From the IMG/VR virus record IMGVR_UViG_3300037067_025869, positions 1 to 64,000 of that record: a stretch of 64,000 bases of DNA; one strand, 5' to 3'. Numbering within the stretch: the stretch's first letter is position 1; every line of letters starts with the position of its first letter. Source of the stretch: a virus (taxonomy: Duplodnaviria > Caudoviricetes). Positions 1 to 9,760 of this stretch are shown here, piece by piece. The position numbers and the translations under genes were made by a program. Below the pieces are notes generated by a model, which made no database searches, was not told the origin of the DNA, and saw only the letters and a program-made list of their open reading frames with translations.

Positions 1-266
1 ACATAACCGCCATCCCATCCTGTGTGAAGTTCAACTTGTAATTGATCGCTCCTCCGAAGTTCTGAACATTTTCCGCTATTAACAGCTCCCTCATATTCCC
101 AATTTGTTCTTTGCTTCCAGTGTGCACAGGTTTTGCATCGCAATATACACATTTTTTCTTTATCTTTTTCAAAATCATCAAAAATTTTGTCGATTTTGTG
201 CATAATAGCCTTAGGTTTCCCATAGGAATCCGTGCGGAATATTTCTTTAGCTTCTTCCCTTGTCAT
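1..266 (-). CDS. Hypothetical protein, 3' end beyond window edge
   Basis: ATG at 266 overlaps the upstream stop (TAATG); open frame MTREEAKEIFRTDSYGKPK...CKTCAHW...GWDGGY runs off position 1; absent from the ORF track. Confidence 0.6.
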   Translation of the reverse strand, partial: MTREEAKEIFRTDSYGKPKAIMHKIDKIFDDFEKDKEKMCILRCKTCAHWKQRTNWEYEGAVNSGKCSELRRSDQLQVELHTGWDGGY

Positions 267-469
267 TACTTTTCTGTTCCTGTAAGAGTTATATTGTCCA
301 ACTTATATGTTGGAGGAAATTCAGAACGCCAATCATTTGGATCATTATGCGCACCAATATTAAAATTAATTGAATCCACTTTAATCCCCTTTTTTTCAAC
401 AAACTCTACTAAAATTTGTTCTACCTCTTTAGGATTTAAGGTAACGGTAACTTCTTTCTTTATTTCCAT
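266..469 (-). CDS. Hypothetical protein (67 aa)
   Basis: ORF in a tightly packed minus-strand run. Confidence 0.7.
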   Translation of the reverse strand: MEIKKEVTVTLNPKEVEQILVEFVEKKGIKVDSINFNIGAHNDPNDWRSEFPPTYKLDNITLTGTEK

Positions 470-482
470 GATTTCAAATTCT

Positions 483-863
483 TTAATATAGATATAATTC
501 CGCTCTCAGTTTTGAACAGATTAATATCACTAAATTACCATTACCATTAATAAACTTCACAACGCCATAGTCCGGTGTTGTCCATATCTGATTTTTAGAT
601 ATTGTTGTTGGTTCAAATCCTAGATGACTGTTTATTAAGGTTTCTAATTTTTTATTTGTCTCCATATCATTACTTAATCTTATCCTCGGATAAGTTTCAA
701 ATTCATCAGCAACTCTAAACTGCTGTTCAGTTGTTTCCATATCAACATATGCTGTTGGAAATTCCTTTTTAATTTTTTTCAATAATCCCTCTTTTGATTT
801 ATCGATAGTACATGAGGATAAAACAAATAAAACGGATACGATTATTAGAATTGTCTTTTTCAT
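483..863 (-). CDS. Putative lipoprotein
   Basis: MKK + hydrophobic stretch + lipobox-like LSSC. Confidence 0.7.
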   Translation of the reverse strand: MKKTILIIVSVLFVLSSCTIDKSKEGLLKKIKKEFPTAYVDMETTEQQFRVADEFETYPRIRLSNDMETNKKLETLINSHLGFEPTTISKNQIWTTPDYGVVKFINGNGNLVILICSKLRAELYLY

Positions 864-877
864 ATTTTTCTGAGTTA

Positions 878-1528
878 TTATATTCTTGTAAATTTTTTTG
901 CTTTAAATGGAATTTCAAAACACTTTTTTGCTTCGGGAATATGAACATCTCTCAATCCATGATGATGCCCTTTTATTCCATGAACACAATACTCATCAAG
1001 CCATGGACTAATGTCAAAAAGAGAATCATCAAGAATACAAAATCCTTTTATTTTGGAATGGTTATCTCGTATCCACATCCATATTTCTTCTCCTCGTGTA
1101 GAGCTCATTTTCTTTGGAGTTACCCCGATGACCTCGCACTTAGCTCCCCATGAATCTAAAATATTCTGTAGCTCTCTAACACTTCTTCCCAGTCTCCACG
1201 AGGAACAAATAACTACCTTTGCTTCATTTTCTTCAACAATTTTATTTAAATTTTGAATCGCAATTTCATCATGAGGGTAGAATTCTCCAGACAAATTTGG
1301 CTTTTCCCATTCTGGATCTTTTTGTTTTAATCCATAGGCTTCTTGGACATTCTTAGTAAATTCCGGATTCATTTCGTCAATGTTCCCTTGACCCCAATAT
1401 TTAGGGTCAAAATCTTCTTCTTTCCATTCAACCCCAACAGCTTCAGAAAATTTCTTATAAACTGCTCTTACTGAATTGAGAACATCATCAAAATCTAAAA
1501 ATAAAATGTTGAATTTTTCTTGAGTCAT
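878..1528 (-). CDS. HAD-superfamily phosphatase (HAD_SAK_2-like)
   Basis: FLDFDDVLNS motif I, VVICSSWR motif II, RGEEI, FCILDD motif IV. Confidence 0.8.
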   Translation of the reverse strand: MTQEKFNILFLDFDDVLNSVRAVYKKFSEAVGVEWKEEDFDPKYWGQGNIDEMNPEFTKNVQEAYGLKQKDPEWEKPNLSGEFYPHDEIAIQNLNKIVEENEAKVVICSSWRLGRSVRELQNILDSWGAKCEVIGVTPKKMSSTRGEEIWMWIRDNHSKIKGFCILDDSLFDISPWLDEYCVHGIKGHHHGLRDVHIPEAKKCFEIPFKAKKFTRI

Positions 1529-1793
1529 TTTTTGTTACAGTATATTTTTCAAATATTTTAGGATCTAACTTTCGAAAATCATCTTCTCGCTCCATTTGAG
1601 CATTAATAAATTCCGAAATTAATTCTCTAACTGGCCCCTTACCTCCCTTACCTTTTTTATAAACAACGTATCTGTCCCCAATAAATTTTTCTAAGGAATC
1701 ATAAATTTCTGTATGTTTTTCCCAGAAAATAACTGTTTCGATTAATTCTAACGTTGTTTCTTTCATTATTAAGATTTGTTTGCTAAAAATCAC
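1488..1793 (-). CDS. Hypothetical protein
   Basis: ORF track; likely start MKETT at 1766. Confidence 0.6.
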   Translation of the reverse strand: MIFSKQILIMKETTLELIETVIFWEKHTEIYDSLEKFIGDRYVVYKKGKGGKGPVRELISEFINAQMEREDDFRKLDPKIFEKYTVTKNDSRKIQHFIFRF

Positions 1794-1854
1794 ATATTGC
1801 TACATAAAAGTTTTAAACTCGGAATTTTGCGGATTCATTCAATAAGGGTTTATT

Positions 1855-2427
1855 TTAGTGTGCAATTCTTAATAACCCTTGTTCTTTACAAAATTTACAT
1901 CTGCAAGGAGCTGAGGCATCTTCGTTATAATTACCATTTTCATCAGCACCCCTCCATCTCCAACGATCCTCAGCACCCATAAGAGGAATTCCTTCCATTT
2001 CTGGTTTTCCCCTATTCTCATCTTCAACCCTGGAAACATATTCTTCAAAACTTTGAAGAGCTTCTTCATCAGTTTGTCCAATATCAAAGGTCTCGTGCTG
2101 AAACCAGGTAAGGACCCATGTATCATGTTTTTTGTATTCAGCTTTAAGATAATCCAATTCGGGATTTATAATTTTGAATTTAGATTCTTCTTTGTTTTTT
2201 GTAGTAATAAATTTTTTCCACCAGACCTGGATAAAAGCATCAAGTTGTTCTTGAGTTTGTTCTTCGCGAAACATCTTTTGAAACCCTGTGGCATTCCAAA
2301 TCCGACCTTCGGATAATCCTTCATGCCATTTGGGATAATTTGGATCCTGTGTTCCATCTTGAGACCAGCGAGCACAAAAAGAATAGATAGGAAATTTTTG
2401 TTCTTTCATATTTTTGATTTTTTCCAA
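1855..2427 (-). CDS. Hypothetical protein with C-terminal CxCxxC...H motif
   Basis: 190-aa ORF ending APCRCKFCKEQGLLRIAH. Confidence 0.7.
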   Translation of the reverse strand: MEKIKNMKEQKFPIYSFCARWSQDGTQDPNYPKWHEGLSEGRIWNATGFQKMFREEQTQEQLDAFIQVWWKKFITTKNKEESKFKIINPELDYLKAEYKKHDTWVLTWFQHETFDIGQTDEEALQSFEEYVSRVEDENRGKPEMEGIPLMGAEDRWRWRGADENGNYNEDASAPCRCKFCKEQGLLRIAH

Positions 2428-2693
2428 AGAACTAGATCTTTGGGATTAGTAGCTTGAGATGCTGGCGAAAGTTCTCCTTTATTCCAATACTTAACAAAAA
2501 CATAAGTATCGTTTTTTGAGGAGACAATTCCTTCATTGAAATTCATATTACTCATTTTGGGATCAAAAAAATCTCCATCAGAATAATCCCCTCCACCAAT
2601 CCAATTTCCATAATCTCTTATGGCACGGGGGGGAACATAAAAAACTATATCCCCAACATTAAAATAATCTACAGTATAATTTGGATTGATCAT
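2406..2693 (-). CDS. Hypothetical protein
   Basis: 95-aa ORF overlapping the next gene start. Confidence 0.65.
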   Translation of the reverse strand: MINPNYTVDYFNVGDIVFYVPPRAIRDYGNWIGGGDYSDGDFFDPKMSNMNFNEGIVSSKNDTYVFVKYWNKGELSPASQATNPKDLVLWKKSKI

Positions 2694-2839
2694 TATTTTT
2701 CTTTTACAATGGTTAAAGCTTGCGGATACTACCGATAAAATTAAAAACTGGGCTATTTAAAAAATTAACATATAAGTTATTCATAATACTTTTAATGGAT
2801 TAAATATAAGAATAATTTCCCAGATAAAAAATATTTTAG

Positions 2840-3135
2840 CACTTATTTAATGAATATATAATAAAAGATGGTAAGCTTGTAAGAGCAAGCAATGAAAAGG
2901 TGAATAACCGCTGTCCCATCTTTAAATATTTATCTAATTACCACATTATTGCTTTCAAGATTTTTATATTCCGTCCCTGAATCTCATTGTTGAAATAAAA
3001 ACATCATTTTTTTATAATAAATTTAAAAACTCCTGTGAAGCAAAGAAAAAAGCCACTATTGCTAATGGCTTTAAATATCCTATGATTTTAGATAAAAATT
3101 ATGATAAATTAAATTTATTAGCAAAATTTTCATAA
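2840..3135 (+). pseudogene. Decayed PD-(D/E)XK homing endonuclease fragment
   Basis: Frame 2938-3135 reads HYCFQDFYIPSLNLIVEIKTS...KKKATIANGFKYPMILDKNYD (PDFY..L.VEIK-type core with P>Q); no start codon; the upstream part is in another frame. Confidence 0.7.
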
Positions 3136-3914
3136 GTTATAATCTTAACCCCTTTCTTTTCAGCATTTTTCATTTTACTTGTCATTGAATCTAATGAATT
3201 GGCTATAAGATAATTACATCTAGCATCCGTTACCGATACTTGTTCAATATTATTAAATTGAGAAATGAATTCTTCTTTTGATTTAGAAATTGGGGAAGGA
3301 CTACCGGTCATGCAGACATAAATAGTTCCTGAGGAAACTTTTGCCTTTGGCCTATCGATTGTAATTCCTAAGTTTTCAAGAACTATAACAACCTTTTTAA
3401 TACAATCGCTAACTTCTTGGCTTCTTAATTTGGCTACCAGAGCTCTTTCAAGATTTGCATAATCAAAATCAAGACCTGCATGTTCACGTGCAAGCTGGGT
3501 TGAAAGTTTTTCCCCAACATTATCGTATCCCAACATTTGAATAACCTGGGTATAGGTAAGAGATTTGATATTGAAGAAAGCTTGAACAAATAATTCATGT
3601 GATCTTGAATTCCATTTCATACCATATTTTTCTATCGCATTTGTCACTCCAGCTGCTCCAAGAACCCAAACTATAAGTTCATACATGTTCTTGAAATCTT
3701 TTGCAAAAGGCTCGATGGTTTTTTCTCCAATTCCTTTTATTTCAAGAATTTTAACGGCATAAGAAAGCTGCTTAGCAATTCTTCCAACACAATTTTCGTT
3801 TGTGCAAGTAAGATGAATTCCATCGAATTCTGTGGGTGAATTACAAGCTGGACAATATTTCGGTAAAACATTATTTACGTCCAATGCTCCACCCATTATT
3901 TCTATATTTTTCAT
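3099..3914 (-). CDS. ligA: NAD-dependent DNA ligase, C-terminal half (Zn finger, HhH, BRCT)
   Basis: PKYCPAC...LTCTNENC Zn finger, IKGIGEK and LGYDNVGEK HhH motifs, VCMTG-type BRCT. Confidence 0.85.
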   Translation of the reverse strand: MKNIEIMGGALDVNNVLPKYCPACNSPTEFDGIHLTCTNENCVGRIAKQLSYAVKILEIKGIGEKTIEPFAKDFKNMYELIVWVLGAAGVTNAIEKYGMKWNSRSHELFVQAFFNIKSLTYTQVIQMLGYDNVGEKLSTQLAREHAGLDFDYANLERALVAKLRSQEVSDCIKKVVIVLENLGITIDRPKAKVSSGTIYVCMTGSPSPISKSKEEFISQFNNIEQVSVTDARCNYLIANSLDSMTSKMKNAEKKGVKIITYENFANKFNLS

Positions 3915-4659
3915 ATTCTTCTTTTTTTATAGCTTTCGTAATACGATTCTTGTTTACCCACATTCTGCCATTCATTCCATTATTGTGATTATGATGCATT
4001 TTATATTTTTCCTGACCTATTTTTTCACCATATTTTTTTTCATACCAAATTAAAGAATATCTTCCTTTGGTCTTAGACCTCATCAATTCTTTGGTTTTTT
4101 CAGTATGATGTCTATTTAACCACAAAATCGAAAGTTTATCTTTTGCAGAATCAGATAAAGTTATACCCAAATGGCTTTCTTTCAATTCTTTTATATGTTC
4201 TTCTGAGAATTTAGGTCTTCCTCTAATCCATCCTTCTTTCAAATATTTTTCTATTTCATCTCTATAAACAGATTTTTGAATATTATCTTTAAAAATCCAG
4301 GTTCTTCTTGAAGCCTTTTCGCTTAAATTTTTCTTTATATTTGCTAGATTAGGATTAAAAGAAATTGAATTATATCCAGAAGAAACATTATATCCTTCTT
4401 CTATACTATTATATTTTTTTATCCACTCTATTTCTCGGCTTTCCAGCAAATTTTGAGAAACCAATTCAAGTATTTCTTTATCAAAATTATCTTCTCCAAA
4501 TTTCCTTATTGCTTGATGAAATTTATAATTAGATCCACTTTTGGCTGTTTGGATATGCTGTTTCCATCTTTTTTTAATATTATCACTCGATCCAATATAA
4601 ACTTTTCCATTTAATTTATTTTTCCAAATATAGATACCTACTAATTTTTCTTTTTTCAT
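3871..4659 (-). mobile_element. GIY-YIG homing endonuclease (NUMOD3-like) inserted in ligA
   Basis: GIYIWKNKLNGKVYIGSS, catalytic R (KRW) and E (ESRE), HTEKTKELM repeat. Confidence 0.9.
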
Positions 4660-4702
4660 AGTTTATTTTATCTATATACCATTCAAAAAGCTGGCAATAT
4701 TA

Positions 4703-5869
4703 TCAAATTATAACTCTTTGAATGGCAGGAATAATATCTCCTCGTTTACAAATACTGACCAAAGTTCCTGATTTAATATTATTATCCAAAATATATTTCG
4801 CATTATACCCGGATGCTCTTCTAACTGTTGATCCATCAAGAAGAACAGGCTTAAGAAGAAGTGTTGGAATAAGTTCCCCCATTTTACTTAAATTCCATTC
4901 AATACCTTCTACAGTCGTGACAGCTTCGACCGGAACAAATTTGATAGCTAAAGCCCATTCAGGATCGTGATCGTTTTCCCCCAGCATTTCTCTGTATTCT
5001 ACCGGGAAAGATATAACAACCCCGTCTAATTGATATTTGTAGATCTTTCTTAAATTTTCATAGGATTTAATAGCATCAATATAATTCTCTGCAAAAAAAG
5101 GGATATTATAATCCTTTGAAAAAGCAAGATTCTTTCCAAATATAGTCTGAGAAACATGTTTTCCATTAATTAAATAATGGAGGGGAATAATATCGAGTTC
5201 TGACATTTTTTCAGAATTCTCTTCATCTTTCCCAATAACTCCGGCTACATAATTTCTGGGATTAGCAAATTCGCCAGAATATTTTTCTTCAAAGAGTTTT
5301 GCTTCAATAACAACTTCGCAACGAATTTCAATAGCATCGTTAGCTGAAAAAGTTGAAAATTCATCAATATATGGCAAATCAATTTTCGCAGGAATCTTAT
5401 CTGCGGATATAAATCTTTTTGTAACATCTTTCCCTGTAAAGCCATCCCCTCTTGTAAGTATGTTTGCAAGTTCATTACCCCGATATATTATATTGATAGC
5501 GTTTCCATCAAATTTCGGGGAGGATAAAAGAATAGGATTAACAGCCTTAATTTCAGATTTTCTCTTCTGAAACCATCTTTGAAATAAATCTTCAGCATAA
5601 TTAGTTCCCTGCTCTGTAGCTTCAGTCTGAATTTTAGAAAGAGAAAGCATTTTTGTTGGATGAGAAAAATCGAAATCTTTTCTTTTTGAACCAACTTGTT
5701 CAATAACTTTAGAACCTTCGTCTCTTAAAAGTGATTCCAGAGCATCAAATTCGGCGTCTGTAAGAAATGGGGTTCCCTCATAATAAGCTATTTTTGCTTT
5801 GAGATATTTTTCTTCGAGTAAATCAATATTATCCATAGTTAAATTTTTATCGGTACAAATATACAACAA
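4703..5869 (-). CDS. ligA: NAD-dependent DNA ligase, N-terminal half (Ia, adenylation, OB fold)
   Basis: AYYEG..TDAEFD, KFDG adenylation motif, LTRGDG, NPRN, LDGVV, ALAIKF, GDIIP; real start probably 5836. Confidence 0.95.
   Translation of the reverse strand: MLYICTDKNLTMDNIDLLEEKYLKAKIAYYEGTPFLTDAEFDALESLLRDEGSKVIEQVGSKRKDFDFSHPTKMLSLSKIQTEATEQGTNYAEDLFQRWFQKRKSEIKAVNPILLSSPKFDGNAINIIYRGNELANILTRGDGFTGKDVTKRFISADKIPAKIDLPYIDEFSTFSANDAIEIRCEVVIEAKLFEEKYSGEFANPRNYVAGVIGKDEENSEKMSELDIIPLHYLINGKHVSQTIFGKNLAFSKDYNIPFFAENYIDAIKSYENLRKIYKYQLDGVVISFPVEYREMLGENDHDPEWALAIKFVPVEAVTTVEGIEWNLSKMGELIPTLLLKPVLLDGSTVRRASGYNAKYILDNNIKSGTLVSICKRGDIIPAIQRVII
5856..5863 (-). promoter_or_regulatory. Bacteroidota-type -7 promoter element (TAnnTTTG)
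   Basis: TATATTTG about 20 nt before the ligA ATG; same octamer at 5999-6006, 6460-6467, 43623-43630 (minus) and 30388-30395 (plus). Confidence 0.6.
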
Positions 5870-5902
5870 AATCCCCAGAAGAAAAAATCTTCTGGGGGAT
5901 TT
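5868..5902 (-). terminator. Intrinsic terminator-like hairpin
   Basis: AATCCCC(C)AGAAGA inverted repeat followed by TTTTG on the minus strand. Confidence 0.6.
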
Positions 5903-6020
5903 AAAACGTTAAGGAAACGTTAATTTATTTACTTTAATTCAAATATCCCTAAAAAAATATTTTTAAAATAAATTCCGCCATCTCTTCTTATGATATTACA
6001 AATATAAGTATTGCCAGATA

Positions 6021-6590
6021 TTATCCCCATTGATTTTCAATTTTACGAGATTTTATGACATTCTCCAAAGTTTTTTTAATCAAATCGTTGATTTCAGAAA
6101 TATGATCTATAATAACTGTGAAGAATTTTTGTGCATAATAGTAAAAATCTTCCCAATACATTTGTTTATCATAGGGATATCCAATAACTTCATCCATTCT
6201 ATCCGTAAGAATATCTGCTAGGTAATCATGAACTTTCATCCTACACTCCATTACGTTATAGGTATCTTCATCTCTTGGAGTTCCTTCACATAGAATAAAA
6301 TTACAGAGTGCAGTAGAAAGAGCTATATGAATATCGGCTTTTTCAGAACCATCTTTTCTACCTTTGGCGTTGCACATCATGTATCTCACACAATAAAAAT
6401 CCAAGATATAGTGGAGCATCCAAATTTCTCTTTTTGTCAATTTTATCTGTTTCATGATGCAAATATACAAAAAGGTTTTTAATAAAAAAATATTTTTAGG
6501 GAAATCTAATAATGAGTTTATGCTCTTTGGTAAGATCGCAAGTACTATTTTCAAGAATTTGGAATTCAATGGTAGGAGTTCCCGTTTCAA
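6021..6590 (-). CDS. Hypothetical protein
   Basis: Likely start MKQIKL at 6455, just after a TATATTTG element. Confidence 0.7.
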   Translation of the reverse strand: MKRELLPLNSKFLKIVLAILPKSINSLLDFPKNIFLLKTFLYICIMKQIKLTKREIWMLHYILDFYCVRYMMCNAKGRKDGSEKADIHIALSTALCNFILCEGTPRDEDTYNVMECRMKVHDYLADILTDRMDEVIGYPYDKQMYWEDFYYYAQKFFTVIIDHISEINDLIKKTLENVIKSRKIENQWG

Positions 6591-6984
6591 TCTCTATTTC
6601 TATATCGATAATAACTTTTTCCACAACAACATCGGTAAGATAAACGATATATTCTTTAACCTTAGAAAAGTATTCAATATATTTCTCAAGAAGTTTTTGT
6701 CTTGGATAATTGGGAACTGAATAAAAAATCCTAACCATTGACTTAAACTCCTGGTCCGAATAAAACTTAAACAATAAGGGAAAATTAATAAAGTATCGAT
6801 GCTTTTTTTCCACCAAAATCATAAAAGAAACCTTCTTTTTATTGCCATCAATACTATATTGAGGCTGTAATATTTTAAAACGGCAGGGATTTCGCGGTGT
6901 ATAGTCAAAGGGTTTTTTAAATATTGAAACTAATAAAAGAATGCATAGAATTACTAGTGCTATTAGGATAAAACTTTGGATCAT
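6496..6984 (-). CDS. Membrane-anchored hypothetical protein
   Basis: N-terminal hydrophobic helix IQSFILIALVILCILLLVSIF. Confidence 0.65.
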   Translation of the reverse strand: MIQSFILIALVILCILLLVSIFKKPFDYTPRNPCRFKILQPQYSIDGNKKKVSFMILVEKKHRYFINFPLLFKFYSDQEFKSMVRIFYSVPNYPRQKLLEKYIEYFSKVKEYIVYLTDVVVEKVIIDIEIEIETGTPTIEFQILENSTCDLTKEHKLIIRFP

Positions 6985-7733
6985 TCACTTTTGTTATTTT
7001 CTTTCTGTTCTTTGAGAACTTTAATTTCGTTTTTTAACTGTTCGATTTCACCTCTATATTCTTGAATAATCTCTGCAATACTTATGCCTTTTATAATAAA
7101 ATCGGCAGCCCCGATCTTTCCATTAACTTCCATTCTATATATTTCGGGTTTTTTCCCTATACCTACGTTCCCATTTTGATCGATAACTAATTTATAGTTT
7201 CTATAATCTGCACTAGTAATCCCTAAAATAGGCCGGTTTTTTAACTCCTCATCGGCTGAATTTCGACCATCAATAATTATTAATGGGATATCAGAGGAAA
7301 GGGAATTTCCAGCTCTTCCTATAAAATATAGTCCAGCATCGTTTTCTCCTTCCCCCATTCCAATAATTTCCGGAAGGAATCCATCATTAGTTCCATTCCC
7401 CATAGAAAATCCATATCTCCCATCCCCGATATGAAAAGCAGTTTCGATAGAATTTTCCGAAACTGCAATATCAAATTTATATGTATAAAGAGGTTCTCTT
7501 CCTATACCTATTCGCTCATCTTTATAAAATAACCCACTATGCACATCCCGAAATTCAACAATAGATTCAGTCTCATTTTTAGAAGACCAAAATAGCCTTC
7601 CACTAGAATCCATACATAATGATAAAGGAAACTTTGGCGCTCCGGGAAAAATGGGGGAGTCCTCAATAAAAGAAAAATCCGAATCGCTTTTTGAAACTCT
7701 ATTAAAAATGATATTATGATTTTGATATATCAT
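6981..7733 (-). CDS. Tail-fibre-like protein
   Basis: RIGIG and GNVGIG repeats, MEVNGKI, C-terminal coiled coil EIEQLKNEIKVLKE. Confidence 0.55.
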   Translation of the reverse strand: MIYQNHNIIFNRVSKSDSDFSFIEDSPIFPGAPKFPLSLCMDSSGRLFWSSKNETESIVEFRDVHSGLFYKDERIGIGREPLYTYKFDIAVSENSIETAFHIGDGRYGFSMGNGTNDGFLPEIIGMGEGENDAGLYFIGRAGNSLSSDIPLIIIDGRNSADEELKNRPILGITSADYRNYKLVIDQNGNVGIGKKPEIYRMEVNGKIGAADFIIKGISIAEIIQEYRGEIEQLKNEIKVLKEQKENNKSE

Positions 7734-8514
7734 TGGAATTATCTAATTTTTTCTTTGGCCTCCCTCTTTTTTTGGAGGATATTTTTTTTGTCTTCTCTTT
7801 ATATTCTATCCAGCTTTGATAAATGCCATTTATTCTAGCACATTTTAGATAATCCTCCTGCTCTTTAAAAAAATCTATAAGAAAATCTATATATTGTTTT
7901 ACTTGGAAGTCATCCAATATAACAATCATTTTTTTATCAGCATATATTGGAAGGTTATCCCCATTTTTATAAAATTTATCTAAAAAATTAAAGGATTTAT
8001 TAGCAAATTCATTGAATTGGGAGATATGGAAAAAATCGGGTTGTTGTTTATCCGGATTAAATTTAAAAATAACTCTTTTATCATCAGAAATACCTACGGG
8101 ATCTAAAACTATTGATTTCGGCTTCTCCGAAGTATTTCTCGTTTCGCCCATTTCTCTAATAGTTTCGGCTGCTACTATATCAATAAATTCAAGTATTTTC
8201 CGTTTAAATATATTATAATTATCATAAATTATGGAATCCGTTAGATTCCATGAAGGATCAACCTCTGTATCATGAAGTAAAAATAATTTTGAATAACAAT
8301 GCTCTTGTATAATTTCAGAAGCTAATTTATTATAATCCTCCTCATCTGGGTTTTTTAATTCCCCCCAAACACACCAGGTATTTGGAATCTCAATCAATCT
8401 TTTTGTTTGAATATTATTAAAGCCCTTGAAAAACTCCAGTATCTCCTGATCGGAAAAAAATAATTTCAGCGGGGATAACTCTTCAGTGAGCCCATTATTA
8501 TAAAGACAAAGCAT
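7714..8514 (-). CDS. Hypothetical protein with C-terminal AT-hook-like motif
   Basis: KKRGRPKK near the C-terminus. Confidence 0.7.
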   Translation of the reverse strand: MLCLYNNGLTEELSPLKLFFSDQEILEFFKGFNNIQTKRLIEIPNTWCVWGELKNPDEEDYNKLASEIIQEHCYSKLFLLHDTEVDPSWNLTDSIIYDNYNIFKRKILEFIDIVAAETIREMGETRNTSEKPKSIVLDPVGISDDKRVIFKFNPDKQQPDFFHISQFNEFANKSFNFLDKFYKNGDNLPIYADKKMIVILDDFQVKQYIDFLIDFFKEQEDYLKCARINGIYQSWIEYKEKTKKISSKKRGRPKKKLDNSNDISKS

Positions 8515-8598
8515 TTTATAGAATTTATATGTTATATGTTTAAAATATAAAAAAGTTTATGACATTAGAAAAGAGCATTCTCGTAATTTATCATCTTT

Positions 8599-9726
8599 TT
8601 ATTTTTCAAATCGTTTTCTAGCATTTTCCGTAATAAAAATATATTCCACCTCTCCAATAAATTCCTGCAAATTTCTTACGCCGCAATAACTCATATTGGA
8701 TCGAAGATAATCCTGAAAATTTTCTACCCACTGGGAAAGATTATATTCAACTTTTTGATATTTTGTAATTCCTTCTGCGGTTATTAATTTGGCCTTCCCC
8801 CAGCTCCTTTGCACAGCTTTTGTACTCATTCCTCTATATTTCTTTTTAATGGGGAATCCCCATTTCCATAATTTTTTAGCTATAGAATATGATTTTATTC
8901 TGATTCCCCAAAGATAATTATACCCAGCACTTTGCATAGCTTTATTAAATAATGATCCGATCATTATTTGGTCCGCTCCTAGAGCTAAAGCTTTTATAAT
9001 ATCATCGTATCCTTGCATTCCCCCATCTGCAACTATTTTAGCTTCAAGTTCTGACTCCCTTTTAATGTGGTAGCACTCGCTAATTAATGAACCTAATGGA
9101 TAATTGATTGCAACGTTAGAAGAGGTAGTACACCCGCATCCCGAGCCTATAGACACCCTTACATAGTCTGCTCCTGCCATAGCAAGATTTTTATATGTAA
9201 GAGGATTAGCTACATTACCAACCATCAATTTTATATTAGGCCAATATTTTTTTATATCTATAATGATTGAAATAAGTTTAGCCATGTGACCATTCGCTAT
9301 ATCAATGAGGACATTTGGGAAATAATAAAATTCATCTTTTGTTTCATCCGAAAGCTCAAAGAGTTTATTATGAATCTGTTTTTTATAATTCTCAAGTTGG
9401 GTTTCAATTTCACATAGGCCAAAAGCCTGAAAATAATAAGGACTTCCAACCAGATGTTTCACATTTAATCCTCTTGGTAAGCAAGGGATAATTCCACGAT
9501 CAATAAATGCAGAATAATTCTTTTCACAAACAACCGTATCCATCGGAGAAGCTATTAGAGGAAGCATCATCTTTAAACCTCCGGGTCTCGGAAAATCTGT
9601 TTCCGTCTCGCATTCTTTTCGGCTAGATATATCGCTCTCTATTATTGGAACAATTGCAATATCTTTTAGATCAAACTTTTTATCCATTTTTATAATTTTA
9701 TATACATTATAAAAGAAAAAACTCAT
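8599..9726 (-). CDS. guaC: GMP reductase / IMPDH-family protein
   Basis: ASPMDTV, IDIANGH, GNVA, IGSGCGCTT catalytic loop, VADGG, YRGM, LRSNMSYCG; no CBS domains. Confidence 0.8.
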   Translation of the reverse strand: MSFFFYNVYKIIKMDKKFDLKDIAIVPIIESDISSRKECETETDFPRPGGLKMMLPLIASPMDTVVCEKNYSAFIDRGIIPCLPRGLNVKHLVGSPYYFQAFGLCEIETQLENYKKQIHNKLFELSDETKDEFYYFPNVLIDIANGHMAKLISIIIDIKKYWPNIKLMVGNVANPLTYKNLAMAGADYVRVSIGSGCGCTTSSNVAINYPLGSLISECYHIKRESELEAKIVADGGMQGYDDIIKALALGADQIMIGSLFNKAMQSAGYNYLWGIRIKSYSIAKKLWKWGFPIKKKYRGMSTKAVQRSWGKAKLITAEGITKYQKVEYNLSQWVENFQDYLRSNMSYCGVRNLQEFIGEVEYIFITENARKRFEK

Positions 9727-9743
9727 AAAGTTTTATGAGTTTT
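9716..9743 (-). terminator. Intrinsic terminator
   Basis: AAAACTCATAA/TTATGAGTTTT inverted repeat with a T tract. Confidence 0.55.
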
Positions 9744-9760
9744 CTGAAAGTTAAATAGAA

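Noticed and set aside
2690-2784. Possible frameshifted signal-peptide extension of the 2406-2693 ORF
   Set aside because: Needs an assumed indel and has no independent support
2864-2923. Three-way-junction-like fold (AAAGATGG/CCATCTTT closing two small hairpins) after a GAATATATA motif
   Set aside because: Lies within the decayed endonuclease reading frame (EYIIKDGK...), matches no RNA family I recognise, and the stems are short
3047-3073. AAAGCCA/TGGCTTT hairpin as ligase terminator
   Set aside because: Plausible, but the sequence is also explained as codons of the plus-strand remnant (KKKATIANGFK)
3871-4703. Group I intron in ligA
   Set aside because: No non-coding space or recognisable P7 core; kept only as a test in the split-ligase finding
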